A stretch of DNA of 32,000 nucleotides from Candidatus Midichloria mitochondrii IricVA (GCF_000219355.1 NC_015722.1:780001-812000); one strand, 5' to 3'. Counted from the first letter of the stretch, positions 11,336 to 22,023 are shown. The notes: generated by a model not told the origin, from the sequence alone. Made by a program: numbers and translations.

Positions 11336-12067
11336 TTACTCCATGTAATGAGCGCGGGCTTTTCTTGGCAATTGTAATTTATATCCTACTAACCTGACGG
11401 TTTTGATAATATCAACATCATCGACACTCGCACTCATTAATGCCTTACGCAACCTAGTTATATGAACATCCACTGTCCTTTGGTCAACGTCTATGTCAAT
11501 TCCCCATATTTTTTCTATAAGGGCTTGTCTAGATAGCACTATCTCTGGCTGCTCCATCATAATTTGCAATATCTGAAACTCAATCGGTGCAAGTTTCACA
11601 TCTTTACCATTACGAGAAACATTATAAGTATTTAAATCCATAATTATATCATGGAACTTTAATGACTTTTCAGCAAATGCCGGCCTAATCCTCCTCAATA
11701 CTGCTTTAACACGAGCAATGAGTTCAATAGGAGAAAAGGGCTTGGTTATATAATCATCTGCACCATAGCTCAGTCCCTCAACTTTATCAAAATCTTGAGA
11801 TTTAGCTGAAATCATTATAATTGGAACATTAGAAGTTTTTGGATCTTGACGCAATTCATTACAAACTTCCACTCCAGTTTTAGATGGCAAAACCCAATCT
11901 AAGAGTATTAAATCAGGGGGAGAATTTTTAGCCCACATAGCGGCCTCTGCGCCATCACTTATGATGTGCACAGCATATCCCTCTTTCTGTAAATTGTAAG
12001 CTATAACCGTTGCTATAGTCTTCTCGTCCTCTACTATCAAAATCGTTAATTTTAAATTTTTATTCAT
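11336..12067 (-). CDS. OmpR/PhoB-family response regulator (PhoB-like)
   Basis: 243-aa ORF. The receiver domain shows ILIVEDE, DLILLDWVLPSKTG and GADDYITKPFSPIELIARVKAVLRR. The winged-helix output domain shows LAPIEFQILQ..RTVDVHITRLRKAL..IKTVRLVGYKL. No adjacent histidine kinase. Confidence 0.9.
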   Translation of the reverse strand: MNKNLKLTILIVEDEKTIATVIAYNLQKEGYAVHIISDGAEAAMWAKNSPPDLILLDWVLPSKTGVEVCNELRQDPKTSNVPIIMISAKSQDFDKVEGLSYGADDYITKPFSPIELIARVKAVLRRIRPAFAEKSLKFHDIIMDLNTYNVSRNGKDVKLAPIEFQILQIMMEQPEIVLSRQALIEKIWGIDIDVDQRTVDVHITRLRKALMSASVDDVDIIKTVRLVGYKLQLPRKARAHYME

Positions 12068-12140
12068 CGTATGCTGCTTAAAAAATGAAAACCCCTATGG
12101 AAAGTTTCAAAAGTGCCAGCTTCTCCTTTCCTTGTTGCTA

Positions 12141-12169
12141 ATTGTACAAAAAAGATTAATATTTTGCAA
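12141..12169 (-). promoter_or_regulatory. Candidate sigma70-type promoter upstream of the response regulator
   Basis: The minus strand reads TTGCAA, a 17-nt spacer, then TACAAT, about 75 nt upstream of the ATG at 12067. Pattern match only. Confidence 0.3.
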
Positions 12170-12231
12170 CATGAATCTTTCCTTAAAGTTGTAACAAAGC
12201 CTAAAAATCAATAACAAAATATTAACAAAAT

Positions 12232-13617
12232 TTAACTAGGAGCAACCATATCTTCCGGTCTTACCCATTCACTAAATTGTTCCTCAGTTACAAATCCACT
12301 TTTAATTGCGGCCTCTTGCAAAGTAAGATTATTCTTATAAGCTTCTTTTGCAATCTTGGCAGCACGATCATATCCTATATGTTTATTAAGCGCTGTCACA
12401 AGCATAAGAGATTGTTGCATTAAGGTCTTTATCCTATCAGTGTTAGCAACGACACCAGATAAACAATTATCTGTAAAGCTGATTATAGCATCGCTCAAAA
12501 TATCAATAGATTGCAGCAATACATCTATAATTACTGGCTTAAAAACATTTAATTCTAAATGCCCATTAGATGCCGCAATAGAAATAGTAGTATGATTACC
12601 CATAACTCGCGCACAAACCATAGTCAGAGCCTCGCATTGAGTTGGATTGACTTTACCCGGCATAATTGAAGATCCAGGCTCATTTTCTGGCAGGTGCAGC
12701 TCTCCAAAACCGCTTCTAGGTCCAGAACCCAATAGCCTTATGTCATTTGCTATCTTCATTAGGCTGACAGCTAAGACATTTAACATACCGCTCGTCTCAA
12801 CCTCGGCATCATTCGAAGCTAACGCTTCAAATTTATTTGGCGCCGTCATAAATTTGTGCCCCGTCAAAGAACTTATCTTCCCAGCAATTTTTTCCGCAAA
12901 CCCAATTTTAGAGTTTAACCCCGTTCCAACTGCAGTGCCTCCTTGCGCTAATAATGATAAGTTTTTTATTGTGCTCTCTATCCTACCCTTACCAAGCTTC
13001 AACTGCGTTAAATATCCTGAGAACTCTTGGCCTAAAGTCAATGGTGTCGCATCTTGTAGGTGGGTTCTGCCTATTTTTATGACATTAGAAAACTCTTCAA
13101 TCTTTCGTGAGGTAACTTGGACTATGTGCTCTAAAGCAGGCAAGAGCTTGGAATTTATTTCACTCACAGCCGCAACCCTCATTGCGGTTGGGAAAGTATC
13201 GTTTGATGACTGCCCCATATTAACATGATCATTAGGATGTACTGGAGTCTTGCTGCCAACAATTCCTCCCATGATTTCTATGGCTCTATTAGAAATCACC
13301 TCATTTACATTCATATTAGTTTGGGTCCCAGAGCCGGTCTGCCAAACTACTAATGGAAAGTGTTCATCAAATTTGCCAGAAATAACTTCATCTGCAGCTT
13401 TACAAATAGATTCAGATATTTGGGCATCAAGCCCTGCAATCTCTTGATTAACAATAGCAGCCGCTTTCTTAATTACAGCAAAAGCCTTAATTAAAGCTTT
13501 CGGCATTTTTTCTTTACCAATTTTAAAATTCTCTAAGGACCTTTGAGTTTGTGCACCCCAGTATTTTATTTTTTCCACTTGAATTTCACCAAAAGTATCT
13601 GTCTCAATTCTATACAT
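12232..13617 (-). CDS. fumC: Class II fumarate hydratase
   Basis: 461-aa ORF with the fumarate lyase signature [16 protein letters not shown] and a typical FumC N-terminus (..[10 protein letters not shown]...[13 protein letters not shown]). Confidence 0.97.
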   Translation of the reverse strand: MYRIETDTFGEIQVEKIKYWGAQTQRSLENFKIGKEKMPKALIKAFAVIKKAAAIVNQEIAGLDAQISESICKAADEVISGKFDEHFPLVVWQTGSGTQTNMNVNEVISNRAIEIMGGIVGSKTPVHPNDHVNMGQSSNDTFPTAMRVAAVSEINSKLLPALEHIVQVTSRKIEEFSNVIKIGRTHLQDATPLTLGQEFSGYLTQLKLGKGRIESTIKNLSLLAQGGTAVGTGLNSKIGFAEKIAGKISSLTGHKFMTAPNKFEALASNDAEVETSGMLNVLAVSLMKIANDIRLLGSGPRSGFGELHLPENEPGSSIMPGKVNPTQCEALTMVCARVMGNHTTISIAASNGHLELNVFKPVIIDVLLQSIDILSDAIISFTDNCLSGVVANTDRIKTLMQQSLMLVTALNKHIGYDRAAKIAKEAYKNNLTLQEAAIKSGFVTEEQFSEWVRPEDMVAPS

Positions 13618-13639
13618 AGTAACCTCAAAATAAAAAACG

Positions 13640-15109
13640 TTACAAACCTTTAAAATTAGCTGCTGCCTCTATTTGATAAGCAACTTTCAACATGGTTTCC
13701 TCATCATATGGCTTGCTAATTACTTGTAATCCAAGTGGTAATCCATTCTCGCTTAATCCTCCAGGAACCGAAATACCTGGCAGGCCTGCCAAGTTAACCG
13801 TGACCGTAAAAATATCATTCAAATACATAGTAAGCGGATCGGTTATTTGCTCATCAATAGCAAAAGCTTCCGAAGGAGCGGTGGGAATTAATATTGCATC
13901 AATTTTTTCAAAAGCGTCTATAAAATCCTTTTGTAGTAGCCTTCTGACTTTTTGCGCCTTTAAATAATGTAAATCATATTGCGCAGAAGATAAAAGATAA
14001 GTGCCTATCATTATCCGTCTTTTCACTTCTTCACCGAACCCTTGTCCTCTAGTTTTCGATATCATAGCATTAATATCATCACCTTCTTCTTCGACTCTAA
14101 GTCCATACCTTATTCCATCAAATCTAGATAGATTGGAGGACGCCTCTGCTGGTGCAATTATATAATAAATAGGAAGAGCATACTGAGTATGAGGTAGACT
14201 TATATCAACTATTTCAGCACCCGCTTCTTTTAACCATTCCATGCCCTCTCGCCAAAGCGCAATAATTTGCGCATTTATGCCATCTATATAATACTCTTTT
14301 GGTATACCTATTTTTAGGCCTTTGATTCCATTTTTTAACGATTTAGACCATTCAGGAACATCTATGTTCTTTGAAGTAGCATCATACTTATCATAGCCAC
14401 AAACAGCTTGAAGCATCAAACTAGAATCCTCAACGCTTCTTGCGAACACGCCAGCTTGATCCAGAGAACTTGCATATGCAACCAGCCCGTATCTAGAGCA
14501 TCTACCATAGGTAGGCTTAATTCCCGCCACGCCAGTAAAGGAAGCCGGCTGTCTTACTGAGCCCCCGGTATCGGAACCAAGCGCTCCCATACATGATCTT
14601 GCAGCAACAGCAGCAGCAGAGCCACCTGATGATCCCCCAGGCACCAGTTTACTGTCATCACCATTACGACGCCATGGATTAATTACCGAACCAAAACAAC
14701 TAGTCTTATTAGAAGACCCCATAGCAAGCTCATCCATATTAGTTTTGCCGATCATTATACCACCATGCTTACATAAGTAACTTGTCACTGTCGAATCATA
14801 TTCTGGTATAAAATTTTCTAAAATTCGAGAACAAGCTGTCGTTCTAAAACCTTTAATACAAAAGGAATCCTTAATAGCAACCGGTATGCCTTCTATAATG
14901 CCATGGTTTCCTTGTTTATATTTTCTTTCCGATTCAATAGCTTGTTTTAAAGCAAACTCCTCCATCATTAAAACATACGCATTCAATTCTTTGGTTTCTT
15001 CTGCTCGTTCTAAATGAGCTTTTACTAATTCGGTTGGAGATATTTCTCCTTTACGCATTAAGTTCTTAGCTTCAACGATAGAAAGATTGATTAAGTTAGT
15101 AATATCCAT
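13640..15109 (-). CDS. gatA: Glutamyl/aspartyl-tRNA(Gln/Asn) amidotransferase subunit A
   Basis: 489-aa ORF with the amidase signature [13 protein letters not shown] and ..[21 protein letters not shown].. No gatC or gatB flanks it. Confidence 0.97.
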   Translation of the reverse strand: MDITNLINLSIVEAKNLMRKGEISPTELVKAHLERAEETKELNAYVLMMEEFALKQAIESERKYKQGNHGIIEGIPVAIKDSFCIKGFRTTACSRILENFIPEYDSTVTSYLCKHGGIMIGKTNMDELAMGSSNKTSCFGSVINPWRRNGDDSKLVPGGSSGGSAAAVAARSCMGALGSDTGGSVRQPASFTGVAGIKPTYGRCSRYGLVAYASSLDQAGVFARSVEDSSLMLQAVCGYDKYDATSKNIDVPEWSKSLKNGIKGLKIGIPKEYYIDGINAQIIALWREGMEWLKEAGAEIVDISLPHTQYALPIYYIIAPAEASSNLSRFDGIRYGLRVEEEGDDINAMISKTRGQGFGEEVKRRIMIGTYLLSSAQYDLHYLKAQKVRRLLQKDFIDAFEKIDAILIPTAPSEAFAIDEQITDPLTMYLNDIFTVTVNLAGLPGISVPGGLSENGLPLGLQVISKPYDEETMLKVAYQIEAAANFKGL

Positions 15110-15184
15110 TCTAGAAAATTTTAAAAAATAAATTAAGTCTATAATCTGTTAATAGATGTTAAAAAAAAACACAACAACTAAAAA

Positions 15185-15703
15185 TCAGAGTTTACTACAA
15201 TTCTTTTCCATATACGATATTGCCTCTTGCAATCCTATAGACGAAAAGTATATAAAGCCCAGCTCTCCAGCAGCCCCTTTTGATCTAATTTTAAAAGGAT
15301 ATGGCCCAGATATTATATCGTTTATAATATCAACATCTTGGTCTGCACTATAAGTGATTGCATTTTTACCATGTTTATTAACTTTTAACGTATATTGAGA
15401 ATCGTTTACAAATAATGTAACACTTTTAGAGTGAGCCAGTCTTGTTGATGCACTAAAACTTATGGAATAAGCTAGGTGTCCTTTATAAGATACTACAAAT
15501 TTTGGATCGTTTATATCACCATACAACAACCTGTCTCTATAAGGAGTCATAATTGCATGACAGATTTTCTTTTCCTCTTCTATTTCTGCAATAATGCGCC
15601 AATTCTTTACTTCTGCTAAATCAAAAAATTTACCAACAGCTTCGGAAGGTCTAATATGCAATATACAATAACACAGCAAGAGAATTAGTTTTAAAAATCT
15701 CAT
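15185..15703 (-). CDS. Hypothetical secreted protein (N-terminal signal peptide)
   Basis: 172-aa ORF. The N-terminus MRFLKLILLLCYCILHIRPSEA looks like a Sec signal peptide. The W..I/C..C spacing is faintly like IalB-type periplasmic proteins, but I cannot confirm that. Confidence 0.5.
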   Translation of the reverse strand: MRFLKLILLLCYCILHIRPSEAVGKFFDLAEVKNWRIIAEIEEEKKICHAIMTPYRDRLLYGDINDPKFVVSYKGHLAYSISFSASTRLAHSKSVTLFVNDSQYTLKVNKHGKNAITYSADQDVDIINDIISGPYPFKIRSKGAAGELGFIYFSSIGLQEAISYMEKNCSKL

Positions 15704-15791
15704 CTTTTTACCATTTACAAATATTAGTAATTATCTTAAATTCGGACCATCTTATCATTATTCTAATAGCAATTATTAAAAACTATCAAGC

Positions 15792-16958
15792 ATGTACCGC
15801 TTTTATCTTTTTATTATTTTGACTTTATTACCTGATTTAGCATTTCCACTAAATATTGAAAAGTCGTTTGAAATCCCACTTCCTTCTACATTCGAAACTA
15901 TTGCTGATTATGCTGCTCTCCTTGATTATGAGACTGAAACGGTGCTTTTCTCTAAAAACGGCGAAAATGCAATGATACCTTCTTCAATGAGCAAATTAAT
16001 GACTATATATATAGCTTTTCATCAGCTCAAATCTGGAGCAATAAAGTTGGATGATAGGTTCACTGTCTCAGAAAAGGCTTGGAAAACAGGGGGATCTAGG
16101 ATGTTTTTAGATCTAGGAAGCAGTGTATCAGTTGAAGATTTGTTGCGTGGCATCATAGTACAATCAGGAAATGATGCTTCTATTGCATTAGCAGAAGGAA
16201 TTACTGGGAGTGAAGAAGTATTTGTGCATTATATGAACGAAGCCGCAAAGGAGCTAGGCTTAAAAAATTCTCACTTTACTAATGCGACCGGTTGGCCTGA
16301 TCCAGGGCATAGAACGTCCGCGATTGATTTAACCAAACTTGCTGCAGCTCTTATCAAGAACTTCCCTGAATATTACCATTATTTCAATGAAAAGACCTTC
16401 ACGTATAATAAAATTTCTCAAGAGAACAGAAATGCTTTACTCGGTGTAGGTGGAGTTGATGGGCTCAAAACCGGACATACTGATGATGGAGGCTACGGAA
16501 TTATTGCAAGCGCCTTAAAAAGTGATAGAAGATTAATAGCTGTTGTAAACGGGCTCAAGAATAATAAAGAAAGAAGTAGGGAAGCAGATAGATTGCTTAC
16601 TTACGGCTTTAATAACTTTCAATACCATATTTTTGCTAAAGCCGGGGCAGTCATAACTCAAGTGCCAATCTGGAATGGAGCAGACTTATTTGTTAATGCA
16701 GTTATTTCTGAGGATTTAAAAGTCCTTTTCCCAAGAAATGTTGCTCGTGAAAAACTCACAACTTCGGTAAAATTTAAAGAGCCTCTTACGGCACCGATTA
16801 AACAAGGAGAGTTTGTAGGGATTTTGCACATAATGAATGGCGAACAGATTATTAAATCTGTGAATTTGTATTCTTTATCTGATATTGGAGAGGCTAACGT
16901 TTTTAAAAAATTTTGGCGCAACCTCAAAACCATATTCGGTTTTGATATACATCAATGA
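15792..16958 (+). CDS. D-alanyl-D-alanine carboxypeptidase, peptidase S11 (PBP5/6 type)
   Basis: 388-aa ORF with a signal peptide, the catalytic triad motifs SMSKLMT (SxxK), SGND (SxN) and KTGHT (KTG), and a PBP5-type C-terminal domain. Confidence 0.9.
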   Translation: MYRFYLFIILTLLPDLAFPLNIEKSFEIPLPSTFETIADYAALLDYETETVLFSKNGENAMIPSSMSKLMTIYIAFHQLKSGAIKLDDRFTVSEKAWKTGGSRMFLDLGSSVSVEDLLRGIIVQSGNDASIALAEGITGSEEVFVHYMNEAAKELGLKNSHFTNATGWPDPGHRTSAIDLTKLAAALIKNFPEYYHYFNEKTFTYNKISQENRNALLGVGGVDGLKTGHTDDGGYGIIASALKSDRRLIAVVNGLKNNKERSREADRLLTYGFNNFQYHIFAKAGAVITQVPIWNGADLFVNAVISEDLKVLFPRNVAREKLTTSVKFKEPLTAPIKQGEFVGILHIMNGEQIIKSVNLYSLSDIGEANVFKKFWRNLKTIFGFDIHQ

Positions 16959-17629
16959 CTCAAGAAGTAATTAGAAGATATAGAACGAAAAAACAACAAG
17001 TCAAAACTGCAAGAGGCCGCGCTAATTCTTCCGTCGATTGGCTAAGAAGGCATATCAATGATCCCTATGTACACTTAGCAAAAAAACAGGGCTTTGTCTC
17101 AAGAGCAGCTTTTAAATTAATTGAAATCGAAGAAAAATATAAATTAATAAATCGATCTAGTAGCATTATCGATATAGGAGCAGCACCAGGCGGCTGGTTG
17201 CAAGTTATAATGTCTAAAAAGAAAAATAATGTGTGTTTAATTGGTACAGATTTATTAAAAATCGCACTCGATATTCCAGGATTAATTCTAATCCAAGGCA
17301 ATTTCTTAGAAGCACCGATTCAAGATCAGATAAAAACAAGCCTCAGTAAAAAACCTGATCTGATTTTAAGCGACATGGCGGCAGAATCGTGTGGAGACCG
17401 CAGTTTAGACCACTTGAGAAGCGCCGAATTAGTTAATTCTGCAATAGAATTTGCACAAACCATTTTAGATAAAGGCGGCAACCTAGTTTTTAAATTAATT
17501 AGAGGTAAGGAAGAAGCAGATATTTTAAAAATGTGCAAAAAATTATTCTCTGTAGTTAAGATTTTCAAGCCAAAATCTAGTTATAGTGATTCAGCAGAAA
17601 TATATACTATATGTTTAAATAGGTTATAA
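16955..17629 (+). CDS. rlmE: 23S rRNA (uridine2552-2'-O)-methyltransferase RlmE/FtsJ
   Basis: 224-aa ORF with SRAAFKLIEIEEKY and the SAM-binding DIGAAPGGWLQV, plus DMA and K catalytic residues. Its start overlaps the previous stop (ATGA). Confidence 0.92.
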   Translation: MTQEVIRRYRTKKQQVKTARGRANSSVDWLRRHINDPYVHLAKKQGFVSRAAFKLIEIEEKYKLINRSSSIIDIGAAPGGWLQVIMSKKKNNVCLIGTDLLKIALDIPGLILIQGNFLEAPIQDQIKTSLSKKPDLILSDMAAESCGDRSLDHLRSAELVNSAIEFAQTILDKGGNLVFKLIRGKEEADILKMCKKLFSVVKIFKPKSSYSDSAEIYTICLNRL

Positions 17630-17630
17630 A

Positions 17631-18230
17631 ATGCAACATCTCTTCTCCTTAGGTATTGTCGATTTCATACTAATAGCTTTAATTTCATACTTTTGTGGTT
17701 CTATACCGTTTGGTCTCTTGGTTAGTAAAAGCTTTGGTACTACTGACCTAAGAACCAAAGGCTCAGGAAATATAGGCGCAACAAATGCTTGGCGAGTTGG
17801 CGGTAAAAAAATTGGTTTGTTAACTTTCCTTTTTGATACCATGAAAAGTTTCTTGCCAGTATTAGTATTCAAACACTTATTCGGCACTGGAGTAGCCGCG
17901 CTAGCTGGACTTTTTGTAATAATTGGCCATATGTTCCCTATATGGTTAAGTTTTAAAGGAGGTAAAGGTGTAGCTTCCATGTTTGGTTTATTATTTGCAG
18001 CAACCCCTCAAACTGCAATTATTTCAGCCCTAATTTGGTTGGTTACTTTCAAAAAATTCCGCGTCTCAGCAACAGCGTCTCTAATCGCAATGTCAATAAA
18101 TTCAATAGCAAGCTTCTTTATTCTAGATTTATTCACGGCAATTGTTTACTTATTCCTATTACTATTAATAATTTTCCGTCATATGGACAATATTAATAGA
18201 TTGAGAAACAATAAAGAGAGCAAGTTATGA
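17631..18230 (+). CDS. plsY: Glycerol-3-phosphate acyltransferase PlsY
   Basis: 199-aa membrane ORF with CGSIPFGLLVSK..DLRTKGSGNIGATNAWRVGGKK.G..T...D..K and ..GGKGVAS. It starts 1 nt after the rlmE stop. Confidence 0.92.
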   Translation: MQHLFSLGIVDFILIALISYFCGSIPFGLLVSKSFGTTDLRTKGSGNIGATNAWRVGGKKIGLLTFLFDTMKSFLPVLVFKHLFGTGVAALAGLFVIIGHMFPIWLSFKGGKGVASMFGLLFAATPQTAIISALIWLVTFKKFRVSATASLIAMSINSIASFFILDLFTAIVYLFLLLLIIFRHMDNINRLRNNKESKL

Positions 18231-18289
18231 GATATTGGTTACAAAATAGTAGATTAATAACTTTTTAGTTTTTTCTAGTTTTAATTCAG

Positions 18290-19125
18290 AAGCAACTAAG
18301 ATTTTCGCCACTGCTGGAAGATGCGGCCATTTCCCAGAAAATGCTGTGTACGCATTTGAAATTTGGAAGGTTCCATAAATGGCAAAGTAGATGGGATAGA
18401 AATGGATGTACAACTCGCTAAAGATGGTGTGGTTGGTAGGTTTTTATATCATTCTTCTGACTTGTCTGCTCATACTAACGGTAAGGGCGCTGTTGAGTCG
18501 TTTTACTTAACAGGGAGAAAATTACAAAGATTAGACGCAGCATATTGTTTCGACCCACATAGGTAATGAATCTTATTCCTAAAGAGGACTTGGACATAAA
18601 ATTCCCACTCTTGATAGTATACTTAAAAAATTCTCTAATACTGAAGCTATTATTGACTTCAAGTCGTTTTCAGCAAAGGAGTTGGTTGATGCGACCGCAA
18701 AGTCGTTGAAGATAACAAAAGCTTGGAATAGAATCATATTCAATTCCACACGTCCTGAGCACCTTAAACACCTACTAGACGTCTATCCAACTAAGGCTAA
18801 AATATTTGAACATCGAGCCAAAACTTTAGAAAGATTGTTAAGAAAAAGAAATGAAGGTGTGTGCCTAGCAGGCGACGAAAAGGCACAATTTGTAGGCTTT
18901 TAAATCAGGAATAGAAATGGCCGTTACCACTCCTTCTCGAATAGACATCAACGATAATAAAATAAAATTCAAATTTATGGGGATAAAGAGGCAGCGGAAT
19001 GTCTCAGTAAAGGCGCTAGGGTCTTTATATTTGGGGTTAATAGCCAAGAAGATTATGGGAAACAAGCAAAATCCATGGGAATATGTGCAGTTTCTAGTTT
19101 CAGGCCATTATCTTTAAAATGTTAA
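18290..19125 (+). pseudogene. Decayed glycerophosphodiester phosphodiesterase (GDPD family)
   Basis: The fragments lie in three frames. They read KIFATAGRCGHFPENAVYAFEIWKVP(stop), then VDGIEMDVQLAKDGVV..SDLSAHTNGKGAVESF..LQRLDAAYCF, then GHKIPTLDSILKKFSNTEAIIDFKS..WNRIIFNST, then IFGVNSQEDYGKQAKSMGICAVSSFRP. Together these follow the GDPD order (HRG..PENT, DGiE.DVqLtkDG, iPtL.evL, SF, w.VN). There is no start codon and there are several stops. Confidence 0.65.
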
Positions 19126-19250
19126 GTAGAGTACTGTTCTTAGCAACTTACAATAGTGAGAAGTAATTTTACTTATTAACTTTCTTTAACTTTTGACAAT
19201 ATATAACATTTCTTATATTTAGGTATGTTAAACTGGTAATTTCATTCACA

Positions 19251-20483
19251 ATGAAAAAAACAAAAATAGTAAGTTCTGCCCTCGTCGGTAATATAGTCGA
19301 GTATTATGATTTTGGGATATACGCGGTATTTACAACTATAATTGGTAAGCTTTTTTTCCCTACGGAAGATGAATTTGTACAAACCATTTCAGCCTTTAGT
19401 GTCTTTGCTATTGGGTTTATGATGCGGCCCATAGGTGGAGCATTCTTCGGCCTTATAGGTGATAGATTCGGTAGAAAAACTGCCTTAACAAGTTCTATTA
19501 TAGGAATGGCAATTGCAACCTTCGGTATCGCACTGCTACCCACGTACGAGCAAATAGGCATACTAGCACCTATTGTATTAATAATTATCCGCCTTTTCCA
19601 AGGTTTATGCATAGGAGGAGAAGGCGCTGGTGCTGCGGTCTTTATATTGGAGCATCTTGGTGGCTGTAGACCGGGATTAGTAGGAAGTATAATCATGGCC
19701 TCAAACATGATCGGTACTCTATTCGCAATCTTAGTAGGAATTATAATAAACCACTTTTTTACTGATAATGCATTTGGCTGGAGATATGGTTTTATTTTAG
19801 GGGGCTTAATGGGCCTAACAGGCCTGTATTTAAGAAAGCATGTTGCTGAAACTCCTGTATTTCAAGCCATGAAGAAAAACCGTAAATTGGACTTACCATT
19901 CGTGCAAGTCATAAAATACAGGTGGCGCAGGCTTCTTGTAGTCTCATGTTTAAGCGGTGTCGCAACGTCGGTGGCCTATACTATAAGAGCCTACCTTAAC
20001 GTTTTCTTCTTGCAATTTATGGGATACACGCCAACTGAATCGCTATTTTTAACCGCCGTATGTTTATTTTCTTTTGTAATAGTTTTACCAATTTTTGGCT
20101 TATTATCTGATAAGGTCGGCTACCATAAATTTGTTCAAATATCCTGTATAATATTAATAGTATGTAGTTTGCCGGTTTTTAAAATGCTTTCAAGTGATAA
20201 TATCAGTATCATCTTACTAGGTTTGTTTATAATTAGTATGTTGGCAGCTGCAATCTCAGCTCCTGCATATCCGTATGCTATAGAAAACTTCAGCCCTATT
20301 TTACGGTATTCAGGAGTTGCTATGAGTTGGAATATTGGTAATGCACTTTTTGGAGGAACAGCCCCAACTATAGAGACTTATTTAGCTCAATATATTGGCC
20401 TTGAGGCACCAGCATTTTATTTAATACTTATTGCATTGTTATTTTTAATAATGAGCTATTTTACAAAAAGTTCTAAATATTAA
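19251..20483 (+). CDS. MFS transporter, ProP/metabolite:H+ symporter type
   Basis: 410-aa ORF with about 12 TM segments. The N-terminus GNIVEYYDFGIYAVFTTIIGKLFFP and the GDRFGRK loop are typical of proline/betaine-type MHS transporters, which are expanded in Rickettsiales. Confidence 0.85.
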   Translation: MKKTKIVSSALVGNIVEYYDFGIYAVFTTIIGKLFFPTEDEFVQTISAFSVFAIGFMMRPIGGAFFGLIGDRFGRKTALTSSIIGMAIATFGIALLPTYEQIGILAPIVLIIIRLFQGLCIGGEGAGAAVFILEHLGGCRPGLVGSIIMASNMIGTLFAILVGIIINHFFTDNAFGWRYGFILGGLMGLTGLYLRKHVAETPVFQAMKKNRKLDLPFVQVIKYRWRRLLVVSCLSGVATSVAYTIRAYLNVFFLQFMGYTPTESLFLTAVCLFSFVIVLPIFGLLSDKVGYHKFVQISCIILIVCSLPVFKMLSSDNISIILLGLFIISMLAAAISAPAYPYAIENFSPILRYSGVAMSWNIGNALFGGTAPTIETYLAQYIGLEAPAFYLILIALLFLIMSYFTKSSKY

Positions 20484-20583
20484 AAAAATATTGCATATTA
20501 CAAGAGTCCCTGTCATAACCTAGTAAGTCATCATTAGAATAACTGCTGGCTGACTAAAAACTCATTAAATTAGGAAGGTTAAT

Positions 20584-21273
20584 ATGAGGATATTTAAAAG
20601 ATCTTTGATAACTATTAGTTATATATTATTAACCCTTGATTTAGCTCATGCCAAATCGCCAGCAGTCTTAATGACAGATTTTGAAACTATTGATGGCGCA
20701 GTAAGCGCAATGAAGGGAGCCATTTATTCTGTAGATCAAAAATATAACACTATTTTTGATCTCACTCATAAAATCGAACCCTTTTAATATACAAGAAGCC
20801 GATATAGATAGGCTTTACCAAGCCATGGAATATTACCCTAAGGGCACTATTTTTGTAACCGTTACCGATCCCGGAGTTAGTACCTAGAAAAAGTCGACAG
20901 TTGCTAAAACCAAAACTGGCTATCACGTTGTAACTCCAGACAACGGAATCATTATTTATATCGATTCAAAACATAAAATAGATAAAGTCCGAGAGATAGA
21001 TGCAACAAAACATTCACTAGCTAATCACACTAAATCTCACACCTTTCACGGCAGAGACTTATATGCATATACTGCAGCAAAAATTGCTTCCAGGCAAATA
21101 ACTTTTGAACAAGTTGGTAAAGAAATCAATAGTTTTGTAAAAAATTCCACTGTTGGTAGTCCAGTTACATATATAAATAGCGTTGGTAATTTAGCAATTG
21201 CAATTAATCACAGAAATTTTGCTAGCAAATATAAAATCAAATCAAACTTTCGGGTTATAGTTAAGCTGGTTGG
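20584..21273 (+). pseudogene. Decayed DUF62 / SAM hydroxide adenosyltransferase-like gene with a signal peptide
   Basis: It reads MRIFKRSLITISYILLTLDLAHA|KSPAVLMTDFETIDGAVSAMKGAIYSVDQKYNTIFDLTHKIEPF. A +1 frameshift in the T-run at 20782-20785 follows. It continues NIQEA..YYPKGTIFVTVTDPGVST(TAG at 20885-20887)..TGYHVVTPDNG..SHTFHGRDLYAYTAAKIA.. This matches family motifs (TDFG..D.YvG.MKGvi, vDPGVGt, GPDNG, TFHGRD.fAp.AA). The 3' end is interrupted by the IS1-family element, and the last 8 codons plus stop resume at 22019..22045. Confidence 0.75.
21266..21273. repeat. Left copy of an 8-bp direct repeat (CTGGTTGG) flanking the IS1-family element
   Basis: An identical octamer lies at 22016..22023. 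Removing the element and one repeat copy restores the reading frame (..VIVKLVGKNYSVY stop). Confidence 0.7.
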
Positions 21274-22015
21274 CATTGCCTAATATTTATAGATAGAAGT
21301 TTCAAATCCAGCAAGTGCCTATGGAAGAAGAGGGTAAGAGTAGTGCAAAGCATCCTCAGGAATTTGCTGTAGCGCTTCGTTCTTCGATTAAAACTAGCTA
21401 GATAATGCCTTAATTGAAGAATTCTTTGATTCTACCACAATGATGTCCCAGCCTTTGTTTCGTGATGGTGCGTGGAGATTTTATAGTACTCATAAACGCT
21501 GTAATCATCTGTACATGCTCATTCATAACGTTCTTCCAAGCCTAAATGACAGGTTCAGGTGGGTTGCCTTGCTCCCGTCACCTACCCTTCAAAATCAATA
21601 ATTTCACCCGCTCGTCAATCTCTAGGACCTCGATATCCTTAAGTGACTTTGTGCTGTTGCAGCTCTTATCTAACTTTTCTTGCACATAGCGCCCCCCGTC
21701 CCTTCGATCCATGAAGATATTTGGCTGTTATGGATTCCAGTCAGTCTCTCTATCGTCCTAATTCCACAGTCCTCAAGATTAGTTTTTAAGTCTATCATTC
21801 ATCGTGTATTTCTGTCGCTTATTACCTTCTCGGTAATTCTTTTTGCAATTCTTGCACCTATATTACCTCTTGCTGTCCACAATGTACCACACCATTCTTC
21901 ACCTGCTCGCTAGAGCCGCAATATTTACACTTGATTGTCCATTTCTACTCCACCTATTCTACTAGAAGATATCAACACCCTCTTATTGCTGTCTATAATT
22001 ACCAGGCATTGCCAA
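21274..22015 (-). mobile_element. IS1-family insertion sequence, decayed (about 740 bp)
   Basis: The imperfect terminal inverted repeats are (gg)cattgcctaatatttataga and tctataattaccaggcattgcc(aa). Minus-strand fragments read IKCKYCGSSEQVKNGVVH..(K)RYRCKNCKKN (InsA-like zinc finger) and ..VLEIDE..(H)HETKAGTS..FNRRTKRYSKF (InsB-like ELDE and IERfN..lR.R motifs). All are interrupted by stops and frameshifts. The boundary is ambiguous by 2-4 nt because the IR begins with GG. Confidence 0.75.
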
Positions 22016-22023
22016 CTGGTTGG
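22016..22023. repeat. Right copy of the 8-bp direct repeat (CTGGTTGG)
   Basis: See 21266..21273. Confidence 0.7.

Noticed and set aside
12356-13447. Plus-strand ORFs 12356..12595, 12647..13228 (193 aa) and 13250..13447
   Set aside because: They are antisense to fumC, and long shadow ORFs are common opposite highly conserved genes. The sequences are low-complexity with no motifs.
21680-21913. 77-aa hydrophobic ORF as a small membrane protein
   Set aside because: It lies inside the decayed IS1-family element, on the strand opposite the transposase remnants. It is most likely fortuitous.
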